Assembly (NCBI GenBank): GCA_040776905.1 | Contig: JAXGZQ010000004.1 | Coordinates: forward strand, 13,667-77,666 | DNA from: Clostridia bacterium | Lineage (GTDB): Bacteria; Bacillota; Clostridia; Saccharofermentanales; UBA5734 | DNA length: 64,000 nucleotides | Reading direction: 5' to 3' | In this document: piece after piece, positions 9,989-19,047 of the stretch | How positions within the stretch are numbered: position 1 is the first letter of the stretch | Layout: every line of letters begins with the position of its first letter | Program-made: the position numbers and the translations under genes | The notes under the pieces: generated by a model | The model's input: only the letters and a program-made list of their open reading frames with translations | Databases searched by the model: none | Told to the model about the DNA's origin: nothing

Positions 9989-11272
9989 TCAGCTCCGTTC
10001 CCGCAGAATCTTGCGCTCATACTCATGGATCGGCTCGAGATAATTGAGACCGGCCGGAACCTGTTCGCGAACGCAGAACTCATTCCAGATAGCCTGTGCC
10101 GGCAAATGTTTCGCTTCTTCTGTCAAAGCCAGACGGTCTGCCAAACGGCCGGCAGCCTCAGCTTCACGAATCCGTTCAGTCGGTTCAAGCATGGCCTGCA
10201 GAGCGGCCCGCCGTGTCGCGCGCAGCCCGATCACCCAGGCAGCAATCCGGTTAATGCTGCCATCAAAGAAATCTGTCGCCAGGCTGACACGGTCAAAAGC
10301 ATCTGAACGATGGATCTCCCGCATCAGGTCCTGCAGCGCGTCATCAGTGATCACCACGTGATCACTGTCCCATTTAACCGGCCGGCTCACATGTACGAGC
10401 AGTCGCGGGTAGAAGGTCAGCAGCGCAGATATCTTATCACTGACAGCTTCGGTCGGATGATAATGGCCCATATCCAGGGTCAGCACGACATTCCGGTGGC
10501 CCAGCGCATGGCTGTGTGCCAGATATCCCATGTAAAACTCATGGGAACCGGCGGTGAAGCTTTCCACACCGACACCGAACAATTTGCTTTCAATCGCGTC
10601 AACCAGATGTTCCCCGGGCAGCGCTTCACTCAGGATCGCGTCCAGTGAATCCTTCAGCCGGCGGCGCAGTACACCGCGGTCGGCAGGGATATCCTTGCTT
10701 CCGTCAGGAATCCATATATTGCAAATAGACGGACGGCCCAGCGCCCGGCCGAATCCATCCGCGATCCGCCGGCTGGCCTGGCAGTGGCGGATCCAGAACT
10801 GGCGCGTCGATTCATCAGGATGTGTCAGCGTCATGTTATCGTCTGCCAGACGATGGCCAAACAGCGTCGGGTTGAAATCGACAGCCAGCTGATGCTGTCT
10901 GGCCCAGTTGAGCCATGCCTCGAAATGACGCATCTCATAGCTATCCCGGTCAACCTGATCACTGCCGGTCTCAGCATAGCTGGCATGCAGATTGACCCTG
11001 TGGCGGCCGGGGAGCAGACTGAGTGCCATCGCCATATCGTCACGCAGCTCATCACCGTCGCGGGCAATCCCGGGGCTTGACCCGGTGGACATGATGCCGC
11101 CGGATGTCCCGCCGGCCATCTGTTCCAGGCCGGTGACATCGTCGCCCTGCCAGCAGTGCATGGAGATTTCCAGCTGTTCCAGCTGACGCAAAACCGCTTC
11201 GGTGTCGACTCCCAGCTCCGCATACTGTTCTCTGGCTGCCTGGTACTGTGTCTCAATCTGATGTTTATTCAT
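9989..11272 (-). CDS. rhaA: L-rhamnose isomerase
   Basis: MNKHQIETQYQAAREQYAELGVDTEAVLRQLEQLEISMHCWQGDDV closely parallels the Bacillus-type RhaA N-terminus. I place the start at ATG 11272. Confidence 0.93.
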   Translation of the reverse strand: MNKHQIETQYQAAREQYAELGVDTEAVLRQLEQLEISMHCWQGDDVTGLEQMAGGTSGGIMSTGSSPGIARDGDELRDDMAMALSLLPGRHRVNLHASYAETGSDQVDRDSYEMRHFEAWLNWARQHQLAVDFNPTLFGHRLADDNMTLTHPDESTRQFWIRHCQASRRIADGFGRALGRPSICNIWIPDGSKDIPADRGVLRRRLKDSLDAILSEALPGEHLVDAIESKLFGVGVESFTAGSHEFYMGYLAHSHALGHRNVVLTLDMGHYHPTEAVSDKISALLTFYPRLLVHVSRPVKWDSDHVVITDDALQDLMREIHRSDAFDRVSLATDFFDGSINRIAAWVIGLRATRRAALQAMLEPTERIREAEAAGRLADRLALTEEAKHLPAQAIWNEFCVREQVPAGLNYLEPIHEYERKILRERS

Positions 11273-11313
11273 GCCGCTTACCTCCTGAATGATGTATTGA
11301 TCGATGGTTGGAT

Positions 11314-12624
11314 TCAATGAATCATGTCGTGGCGGGCTTTTCCGGCGTAATGCCGGACCCTCTGTTCAAGTGCCGGCCAGCGCTTTCGGGCGGTTTCCGA
11401 AAACAGGCCCGCATCGTCTCCAGCCCGCTCGTGCGCGATAAGTGCCCAGGCGGCGTCATAGAGATGGGAAAACATCGGGTCGCGCATCGCCTGGCAGACA
11501 AACGCCTGGCGAGGCTGGTTGATATCCTCTCCGCTGATCTGGAACAAGCCGTATTCACGGCACAGTCGCTGAACACGCTCCAGCTGCGCCCGTTGATTGC
11601 GTGACGGCATATAGGTGACCGCCTGGAACCCTAGCTGAGGCAGGCGCTTGAATAGATCATCAAGAAAGTCATCTTCAAAGGCCTGGCTTTTCTTGTCACC
11701 GGTCACTGAATCGGTGACATCGCCCAGATACGCGTAGGCAGGAATCAGGCCGTGTTCAGATGCCCAGGCGGTGACATGTTCCGCCGGCGGACATTCATCG
11801 GAACCGGCATCAAGATAGAACCGCTCCACCAGATGGCCTTTCAGCAGTCCAAGCAAATCATAGCGCCGGTACGGCTGCGGGCTTTGCAGATGCCCGCGTT
11901 GTTTTTCTGTCAGCGGCAGCCGCAGATCATGCTCCAGCCGTTCGACCAGCTGTTTCCCATCCGGTGACTGATCCAGCAGCTGGCCGGCCAACGCGAACAG
12001 AATATGCCGTTCGGTGATCTCGCCACCCTCTTCCCAGCAGGATAGCGGGATGATATCCTGCTCAAAATCCAGTGACAGACCATACGGCTTCATCAGATGA
12101 TTCAGACGCCCGGTCATCGCCAGGCTGCGCTGGAAACGAGCCTGACGGATCGGCTCCAGCCACGCCTGTACAGCCGGGATCTGGTGGTGCGGAACACCGT
12201 GCAGCGCGATATAGGCGACCCCTCTCTGGTCCGGGTTGTTGATATGACGGCCGCTGAAAGGAAGACCCTGCAGCGAGACTCTGCATTCAAGACCAATGGT
12301 CACCGGCAGATGAAGCAGGCGTCCGGCTTCGATGAACTCCAGTGCTCCCGCGATTGAGTCATGATCCATCAGGCCGGCGGTCGCCAGCCCGGCCTGTCTG
12401 GCCTGCCAGGCGGCAGCGGATGGTGAATAGGGCGAGAAAGAATAGATGGTATGGATATGATTGTTCACATCGCGTCCGCCCCCGCCGCCGGCCTGGTCCG
12501 ACGGGTCGGTCCGACGGCACCAATCACGCAAAGCGGACAGCCGCTGCTGCGGCGTCGGCTGGTTGAGCATCTGTGCCAGCGATTCATGCGGCTGGCCCGG
12601 GGTCGTGGTCTGCATCATCATCAC
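11314..12624 (-). CDS. PHP-domain metal-dependent phosphoesterase
   Basis: 436 aa. The N-terminal VNNHIHTIYSFSPYSP...GLMDHDSIAG is a PHP His-motif pattern. Confidence 0.65.
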   Translation of the reverse strand: MMMMQTTTPGQPHESLAQMLNQPTPQQRLSALRDWCRRTDPSDQAGGGGGRDVNNHIHTIYSFSPYSPSAAAWQARQAGLATAGLMDHDSIAGALEFIEAGRLLHLPVTIGLECRVSLQGLPFSGRHINNPDQRGVAYIALHGVPHHQIPAVQAWLEPIRQARFQRSLAMTGRLNHLMKPYGLSLDFEQDIIPLSCWEEGGEITERHILFALAGQLLDQSPDGKQLVERLEHDLRLPLTEKQRGHLQSPQPYRRYDLLGLLKGHLVERFYLDAGSDECPPAEHVTAWASEHGLIPAYAYLGDVTDSVTGDKKSQAFEDDFLDDLFKRLPQLGFQAVTYMPSRNQRAQLERVQRLCREYGLFQISGEDINQPRQAFVCQAMRDPMFSHLYDAAWALIAHERAGDDAGLFSETARKRWPALEQRVRHYAGKARHDMIH

Positions 12625-12642
12625 TCCTGAAATCGCGCCGGA

Positions 12643-15117
12643 TCATACACCCTGGCGGCTGCGCCGGATCATTTCCGTATCGGTAAAACTGTTCTCCGGT
12701 GTATAGCCCAGCAGCGGACGGATCCGCTGATGGTAGGCATCAATCAGCCAGCGAGGCTGGGGAAAGAAATACTCTTCCAGTTCAAATGCCGGGGTAATCC
12801 AGTTGCGCGAACCGACCACAACGACCGGCGCATCAAGGTCATCAAAACAGAGATCGCTGATCGTCCGGGCCAGATCGTTCAGATAGGATCCGCGCTCGCA
12901 GGCATCCCCTGAAACGATGATGCGGCCGGTTTTCCTGACCGACTCGATGACTTTCTCATACTGGAACGGCACGAGCGACCGGGCATCAATAACCTCAACT
13001 GAGACGCCATGGTCACGCTCCAGAATCTCAGCGGCTTCAAGTGCCCGGTACAGGGTCGCTCCGATGGTCAGAACGGTCAGGTCACTGCCGGCCCGCTTGA
13101 CATCCGGTTCACCGATGGCAATTTCATATGAAGTTTCCGGAACCCCTCCGGCATGGAATTGTTCGCCGATATCATAGAGACGCTGGCTTTCGAAAAAGAT
13201 AACCGGATCGGTCCCGTTCAGCGCGCTGGTCATCAGTCCCTTGGCATCATAGGGCGTGACAGGGAAGACAACTTTCAAACCCGGGATATGCGTGCAGAGC
13301 GCTGTCCAGTCCTGGGAATGCTGCGCGCCGTATTTTGATCCGACGGAAACACGCAGAACCACCGGCATCCGCAGAATACCCGCCGACATGGCCTGCCACT
13401 TAGGCAGCTGGTTGAAAACCTCATCACCGGCACGGCCAAGGAAATCAGAATACATCAGTTCAACCAGCGCACGGCCGCCGCTCATGGCATAGCCAACGGC
13501 CGAGCCGACAATCGCGCCCTCCGAAATCGGTGAGTTGAACAGCCTGTGATAGGGAACGGCTTCGGTTAAGCCACGATAGACCGCGAACGCGCCGCCCCAG
13601 TCACGATTCTCCTCACCATAGGCAACCAGTGTCGGATCTTCATAAAACTTATCGAGAATCGCTTCGAACAGCGCGTCTCTCAGCTGGTAGACACGGTTTT
13701 TCGCGATGGCTTGTCCCTGCTCGTCAAAAGCGAAGCGCTGTCTGCGCGCGATCTGCTTGACCCGGGGATTCTCCTCCCGTGTCTGCAGCATATCGGCCGG
13801 CCGGTCATCCATCCGGGCAATGGATTGATTGGAGAACATCAGTGACGCGATCGCGTCCGGCTGACGACGCAGATTCATCCGCGGTGACAGGTCAGCATCA
13901 ATCGCCCATCCGGTCGTCCGTTCAATGGTTTCAATGACCTGCTGGTCGATGGCCGCGAAATCCTCAGGCTTCGCGACAGCAGCATCCAGCAGCTGCTGCC
14001 GGAATGAACTGATCGAATCCTCTGCTTCCCAGGCGGCCTTTTCTTCCTCGGTCCGGTAGGAATCAGCATCTGAAGGCGAATGACCGGCATACCGGTAGGT
14101 CAATGTATCAAGCAGAACCGGACCTCTCCGCTGCTCGATCACCTCGCGCTTGCGGCGAATCGCGTCGATGACAGCCAGTGGCTGATAGCCGTCGATCCGT
14201 TCGGCATGCATCTGATCCGGGTTGATTCCGGCACCCAGCCGTGCGGCCATTTCATAACCCATCGTTTCACCGCGGGTCTGACCGCCCATGGCATACTGGT
14301 TGTTCATGATATTGAAGATCAGAGGCAGGCCGCCTTTCATGTCATCCGGCCACAATTGGCGGAACTGGTCCATCGTGGCCATCATGAAGGCTTCCCAGAC
14401 CGGTCCGCAGCCGAGGGATCCGTCACCGATATTACAGATGACCAGGCCGGGGCGGCGGTTGATTTTCTTGAACAGGGCGGCACCGACTGATATATCTGCG
14501 GAACCACCGACGATCGCGTTATTGGGATAAACGCCGAACGGCAGGAAAAACGCATGCATCGACCCGCCCAGACCGCGGTTGAACCCGGTCGTCCGGGCGA
14601 AAATTTCCGCCAGTGCCCCATAGACAAGAAAATCGACTGCCAGTTCACGCAGCGATTTCCCACTGCCTGACTGTTGTTCGACCACCCGCCACACAGCGCC
14701 GTCCAGAAACTGCTCCATCACCTGCTGCAGTGCTTGTTCATTCATGTGGTGGATCGCCGATAGCCCTTTGGCCAGAATTTCGCCATGGCTGCGATGTGAT
14801 CCGAAAATGAAATCCTGTTCAGTCAGCAGATAGGCTTGGCCGACCGCGGCAGCTTCCTGGCCGATTGAGAGGTGGGCAGGACCCGGATTATTGTAGTTCA
14901 GTTCCCGATACTGATTGGTCGTCTTGATCTCATACAGCATGGTTTCAAATTCACGAATCAGACGCATGTCGCGATAGATGCGAAGAAAATCCGCCGGACT
15001 ATAGCTTTCCGTTTCTTCCGCGATCGTCCGCTGGTACTGATTGACTGGAATATCCGCAAACCTGATCAGATCCGGTTTGCGGACATCTGAGGGATTAATG
15101 AATAATTGACGGGTCAT
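12643..15117 (-). CDS. 2-oxoacid/acetoin-type dehydrogenase E1 component; alpha and beta fused in one 824-aa chain
   Basis: The N-terminal half has the TPP-binding region (NIGDGSLGCGPVWEAFMMA ... NNQYAMGG). The C-terminal half is transketolase-like E1-beta (FNSPISEGAIVGSAVGYAMSG). Confidence 0.85.
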   Translation of the reverse strand: MTRQLFINPSDVRKPDLIRFADIPVNQYQRTIAEETESYSPADFLRIYRDMRLIREFETMLYEIKTTNQYRELNYNNPGPAHLSIGQEAAAVGQAYLLTEQDFIFGSHRSHGEILAKGLSAIHHMNEQALQQVMEQFLDGAVWRVVEQQSGSGKSLRELAVDFLVYGALAEIFARTTGFNRGLGGSMHAFFLPFGVYPNNAIVGGSADISVGAALFKKINRRPGLVICNIGDGSLGCGPVWEAFMMATMDQFRQLWPDDMKGGLPLIFNIMNNQYAMGGQTRGETMGYEMAARLGAGINPDQMHAERIDGYQPLAVIDAIRRKREVIEQRRGPVLLDTLTYRYAGHSPSDADSYRTEEEKAAWEAEDSISSFRQQLLDAAVAKPEDFAAIDQQVIETIERTTGWAIDADLSPRMNLRRQPDAIASLMFSNQSIARMDDRPADMLQTREENPRVKQIARRQRFAFDEQGQAIAKNRVYQLRDALFEAILDKFYEDPTLVAYGEENRDWGGAFAVYRGLTEAVPYHRLFNSPISEGAIVGSAVGYAMSGGRALVELMYSDFLGRAGDEVFNQLPKWQAMSAGILRMPVVLRVSVGSKYGAQHSQDWTALCTHIPGLKVVFPVTPYDAKGLMTSALNGTDPVIFFESQRLYDIGEQFHAGGVPETSYEIAIGEPDVKRAGSDLTVLTIGATLYRALEAAEILERDHGVSVEVIDARSLVPFQYEKVIESVRKTGRIIVSGDACERGSYLNDLARTISDLCFDDLDAPVVVVGSRNWITPAFELEEYFFPQPRWLIDAYHQRIRPLLGYTPENSFTDTEMIRRSRQGV

Positions 15118-16544
15118 ACCTTACCTCCAGTGATTGAATCGTGTTCGTCTGTGGGTTGATCGCCAGCCGGTGTCCCTGTTTCCGGCAGTCGGAAGACGGC
15201 TTCACGAATAATTTCCGCGACGGTCGGATGCGGAAAAATAAACTTCTTGATTTCTGACAGCGGCATCTGATGTTCAATCATCATACCGGCTGTCAGGATG
15301 ATTTCCGACGCGCAGCTGCCGAGAAGATGACAGCCCAGAAGGATCTGTCGCCGGGGATGGACCAGCAAATGGATCTGACCGCCAGCCTGCGCGTTTTCAG
15401 CCATGAACCGTCCGCTGTACTGCATGGGCAGCCGTACCTCAAGATAAGGAATTCCCTTCTCCCGGCAGGCATCTGCCGTCAGGCCGACTGAAGCCAGCTC
15501 CGGCTGGGTGTAGATCACGGATGGCATCGCGTCATATGACATCCTGTCATTTTCCCCAAGGATCGAAGCGATCGCGACCTCCGCTTCGCGATAGGCGGCA
15601 TGGGCCAGCATCCACAGGCCGTTGACATCACCGACCGCATAAACGTCCGGCCAGTTGGTCCGACCTTTCTCATCGGTCACGATGCGTCCCTTTTCGGTGT
15701 AAACGCCAATGTTTTCCAGGCCGATGCCCCTGATTCTGGGACGCCGCCCGACACTGAGCAGAATTTTTTCAGCGTTGAGCCATTTTGTTTCGCCATCCTG
15801 CTGAAACTCGACACCATCGCCCGAGACCCGGCTGACCCGGCTCTGCAGGAAAACCTGCATTCCCTTTTTCTCAAGCTGGCGCTGCAGCAGTCCGACCTGT
15901 TCACGGTCGGCCTGCCCAGCCAGTTGATCCAGCATTTCCACAATGGCCACCTGGCTGCCGATACTCTGATAAAGGCTGGCCATTTCCAGCCCGATCACAC
16001 CACCGCCGATCACAACAAGCTGCTCCGGGATCTGTTCCAGATCGAGCATCTCACGGCTCGTCAGCACAAAGCCGGACTCAAGGCCTTCCTGAATTCCCGT
16101 GATCGGAGGAATGACCGGTTCCGAACCGGTCGCGATGATCAGCCAACGGCTGCTGTACTGCTCATTGCCGGCCTGAACCGTAATGCGGCCCGGCTCACGG
16201 CTGATGATCCGTCCCTCCCCGCTGACCACAACCACACCGTGCTGTTTCAACTGCTGTTTGATCCCCGCCACCAGTCCGCGGACAACTTTGTTTTTCCGCT
16301 TGACCGCGACCGCGGGATCGTAACGGGCCGATTCAACCGTTACACCATAGGCCTTGCCATGCAGGGCATACTCATAGATCTTAGCGCCATTGAGCAGCGT
16401 TTTCGATGGAATACAGCCCTCGTTCAGGCAGACGCCGCCGAGCTTGTCTTTTTCGATCAGCAGAACCGCCAGTCCGGCCTGGCCAGCCCGTTCCGCGGCC
16501 AGGTAACCACCAGGCCCGCCGCCAAGAACAATCAGATCATACAT
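15114..16544 (-). CDS. lpdA: Dihydrolipoyl dehydrogenase (E3)
   Basis: GGGPGGYLAAERAG FAD motif and redox-active CLNEGCIPSK. It overlaps the E1 start by 4 nt (ATGA). Confidence 0.93.
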   Translation of the reverse strand: MYDLIVLGGGPGGYLAAERAGQAGLAVLLIEKDKLGGVCLNEGCIPSKTLLNGAKIYEYALHGKAYGVTVESARYDPAVAVKRKNKVVRGLVAGIKQQLKQHGVVVVSGEGRIISREPGRITVQAGNEQYSSRWLIIATGSEPVIPPITGIQEGLESGFVLTSREMLDLEQIPEQLVVIGGGVIGLEMASLYQSIGSQVAIVEMLDQLAGQADREQVGLLQRQLEKKGMQVFLQSRVSRVSGDGVEFQQDGETKWLNAEKILLSVGRRPRIRGIGLENIGVYTEKGRIVTDEKGRTNWPDVYAVGDVNGLWMLAHAAYREAEVAIASILGENDRMSYDAMPSVIYTQPELASVGLTADACREKGIPYLEVRLPMQYSGRFMAENAQAGGQIHLLVHPRRQILLGCHLLGSCASEIILTAGMMIEHQMPLSEIKKFIFPHPTVAEIIREAVFRLPETGTPAGDQPTDEHDSITGGKV

Positions 16545-17883
16545 GTTCAGGTTCCTCCGCCGTTTCTGTCTCCGGCACGGCTTGCCACAACATCAAGGTC
16601 AGATGTTCAAGTGCCCAGACAAGATCCTTGAGAAAACGGGCGGCCGGCGCGCCATCCAGCGCGCGATGGTCAAAGGTCAGCGACAGACCAATCGCCGGAT
16701 AGGTGCTGATCGTACCGTTTTCAGCGCGGACGCGCTCAACAGCGCAGCCGACCCCGAGAATACAGGTCTGCGGCGGATTGATCACCGGAGTGAAATTTTC
16801 GACGCCGAGTGTTCCGAGATTGGTCACGGTAAATGTCCCGCCTTGAAGCAGGTCCGGTTTGATGGTTCCCGTCTGGCAGTCGGCCGCCAGTTTTCGCGTC
16901 TGTTCCGTGATTTTTTCGAGTGTCAGTTGATCCGCAGCGCGCAGTGTCGGAACCATCAGACCCCGTGGTGTATCAATCGCGACACCCAGATGGACTCTGC
17001 GGAACAAGGTCAGTCCGGCATCATCGTACCAGGCATTACAGGCCGAATGAAGCGGCAGCACTCGGGAAACCGCCCAGAGAATCAAATCATTTACGGTCGG
17101 TATGCGGCGGGACTGCGGCCAGTCCAGGCTCAACGGGTGCTGGTCGGCCGCCGCGGCTTTCAACTGGCCGCGCAGTCTGAACAGCTCAGTGGCGTCAAAA
17201 CTGCTGTTCAATGTCAATTGAGCCATCGTGGACAATGATTCATGCATGGAACGGGCGATCAACTGGCGAACGCGGCTGTGTGGAACCTGCCGGATTTCGT
17301 CATCAACCGGCATCACCGGCGCAGCCGGCTCCGGTTCATGTCCTGCGGCCGATTGCCCCTCCGTACTGCCGGAGAGGCTGATCTTCAGAATATCGTCCTC
17401 AATCACCCGGCCCCCCGGTCCGCTGCCGCTGGCCTGCTGCCAGGAAACATTTTTCTGCTTTGCCAGCCGGCGCGCACGGGGGCTGCTGCCGCTTTGTGCC
17501 GGCGGTACCGGGATGGCCGGTTCACGCTTTACGGATTCAGGTTGGACGGTAGCGGCCACCGGCTCCGCAGCGGCGGCCGCATCTTCAGACGCATCAGCCG
17601 CCCGGTCGCCTGCCGGACGCGGATCATAAGGATCAACAGATTCTCCGGGCTCACCGATCACCGCGACATGGTTGAGGCAGGGTACATCATCCCCTTCCTG
17701 ATAGAAAACAGCCAGCAGGGTTCCGGCAACACGTGCCTTCTCATCAAAGGCGGCTTTATCCGTTTCATAGGTGAATAAAAGATCATCCACCTTGACCCGG
17801 TCACCGACTTTACGATGCCATTCTCCAATGATGCAGCTTTCAACCGACTGGCCCTGACGGGGCATGATCACAGGTGTTGCCAT
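16537..17883 (-). CDS. Dihydrolipoamide acyltransferase (E2)
   Basis: Lipoyl domain with ETDKA, a Pro/Ala linker, and a catalytic domain with DHRALDG. Confidence 0.9.
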   Translation of the reverse strand: MATPVIMPRQGQSVESCIIGEWHRKVGDRVKVDDLLFTYETDKAAFDEKARVAGTLLAVFYQEGDDVPCLNHVAVIGEPGESVDPYDPRPAGDRAADASEDAAAAAEPVAATVQPESVKREPAIPVPPAQSGSSPRARRLAKQKNVSWQQASGSGPGGRVIEDDILKISLSGSTEGQSAAGHEPEPAAPVMPVDDEIRQVPHSRVRQLIARSMHESLSTMAQLTLNSSFDATELFRLRGQLKAAAADQHPLSLDWPQSRRIPTVNDLILWAVSRVLPLHSACNAWYDDAGLTLFRRVHLGVAIDTPRGLMVPTLRAADQLTLEKITEQTRKLAADCQTGTIKPDLLQGGTFTVTNLGTLGVENFTPVINPPQTCILGVGCAVERVRAENGTISTYPAIGLSLTFDHRALDGAPAARFLKDLVWALEHLTLMLWQAVPETETAEEPEHV

Positions 17884-17909
17884 AATGATGATTCCTCTCT
17901 CTAAATCGC

Positions 17910-19016
17910 CTAATTCAACATGACCTGGCCGCCCGTCACCGGGATCGCCTGGCCTGTTTCATACTCTTGTTCAACACAGTAGAAAATGGCCCGGGCGACA
18001 TCGATCGGACGACAGCCGCGGCGCATGGGAACTTTCGCCGTATAGGCTCGATACACGTCATCAATGCTCGCCGCGCCTTCTATTTTTCCTGCTTTCAGAT
18101 ACTGGACAAACAGACCCTTATCCGGATCGCTCCACAGCGGTCCCTCGTAATAATTTCCGGGGCAGATCGCGTTGACCTTGATCCGCCAGCTGACCAGTTC
18201 TTTGGCGAAACTCTGAACCAGGCCGATGCCGCCGAATTTACTTCCGGCATAGGCAAAATTCCGATCTGAGCCTTCGAGACCTGATTTCGAGTTGATCTGA
18301 ATGATATCGGCGCTGTAGCCGGGGCATTCCTCAGCCTGCCGCTTCATCGGGCGGCAGCCGGCCCGGGCAACCAGAAAAAACCCGGTGTAGTTGACACGGG
18401 TCACGAACTCAAAATCCTCCGGCCTCAGTTCATCCAATCCGCCGGCACGAAGCACACCGGCATTGCTGATGATCAGATCCAATCCGCCATACAGGAGTGT
18501 CATGGTTTCGATCAGGGTGTTGACGGAGGATTCACTGGCGACATCAACCGGAAGTGCCAAAGCCTCCCCGCCGCTTTCATTGATCGATTCGGCCACAAAC
18601 CGGGCCCGTTCCAGATTCAGGTCCGCGATCACGACAGCCGCTCCGGCTGTGGCCAGCTCACGGGCAATGCCCTCACCGAAGCCTTGTGCCGCTCCGGTCA
18701 CCAGAGCGATTCGACCGCTCAGGCGGTCCGGGCCGCTCTGGCGCTGGCGCAGATGAAAACAGCCGGCCGGTGCGATCCGGATACATTCAGGCTGGTGGCC
18801 TCCGGCATGGTCCAGCTGCTGCCGCAAAGCGCTGAGAAGCTGTTCAGGGCTGTCATAATCCGACGCGTCGATCGTCCAGACCGTCTTTTCATTCACGTCA
18901 GACGTTAAAGTTTCTTCAAACCTGACCTGCTTGAGCTTTGGCCAGAACAGGCCGCGCAGCCGCGGCGCCAGTTCCAGCGCAATCTGCTGTGGTGTCAGAT
19001 GTTCTATCCAGTGCAT
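17910..19016 (-). CDS. Short-chain dehydrogenase, sorbitol-6-phosphate dehydrogenase (SrlD)-like, with a roughly 110-aa N-terminal extension
   Basis: TGAAQGFG cofactor motif. NSKSGLEGSDRNFAYAGSKFGGIGLVQSFAKEL closely resembles the SrlD active-site block and contains YxxxK. Confidence 0.75.
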   Translation of the reverse strand: MHWIEHLTPQQIALELAPRLRGLFWPKLKQVRFEETLTSDVNEKTVWTIDASDYDSPEQLLSALRQQLDHAGGHQPECIRIAPAGCFHLRQRQSGPDRLSGRIALVTGAAQGFGEGIARELATAGAAVVIADLNLERARFVAESINESGGEALALPVDVASESSVNTLIETMTLLYGGLDLIISNAGVLRAGGLDELRPEDFEFVTRVNYTGFFLVARAGCRPMKRQAEECPGYSADIIQINSKSGLEGSDRNFAYAGSKFGGIGLVQSFAKELVSWRIKVNAICPGNYYEGPLWSDPDKGLFVQYLKAGKIEGAASIDDVYRAYTAKVPMRRGCRPIDVARAIFYCVEQEYETGQAIPVTGGQVMLN

Positions 19017-19047
19017 TGAAATTCCTCCATCACCGCGTCAGCCTGAG

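Noticed and set aside
15600-16631. 343-aa plus-strand ORF antisense to lpdA. Similar long antisense ORFs occur at 16543-17238, 8219-8806, 3243-3878, 449-982 and 31420-31965.
   Set aside because: These are typical stop-poor shadow frames opposite well-supported genes in GC-rich DNA. Their composition is Arg/Pro/Ala/Gly-heavy, with no motifs and no RBS.
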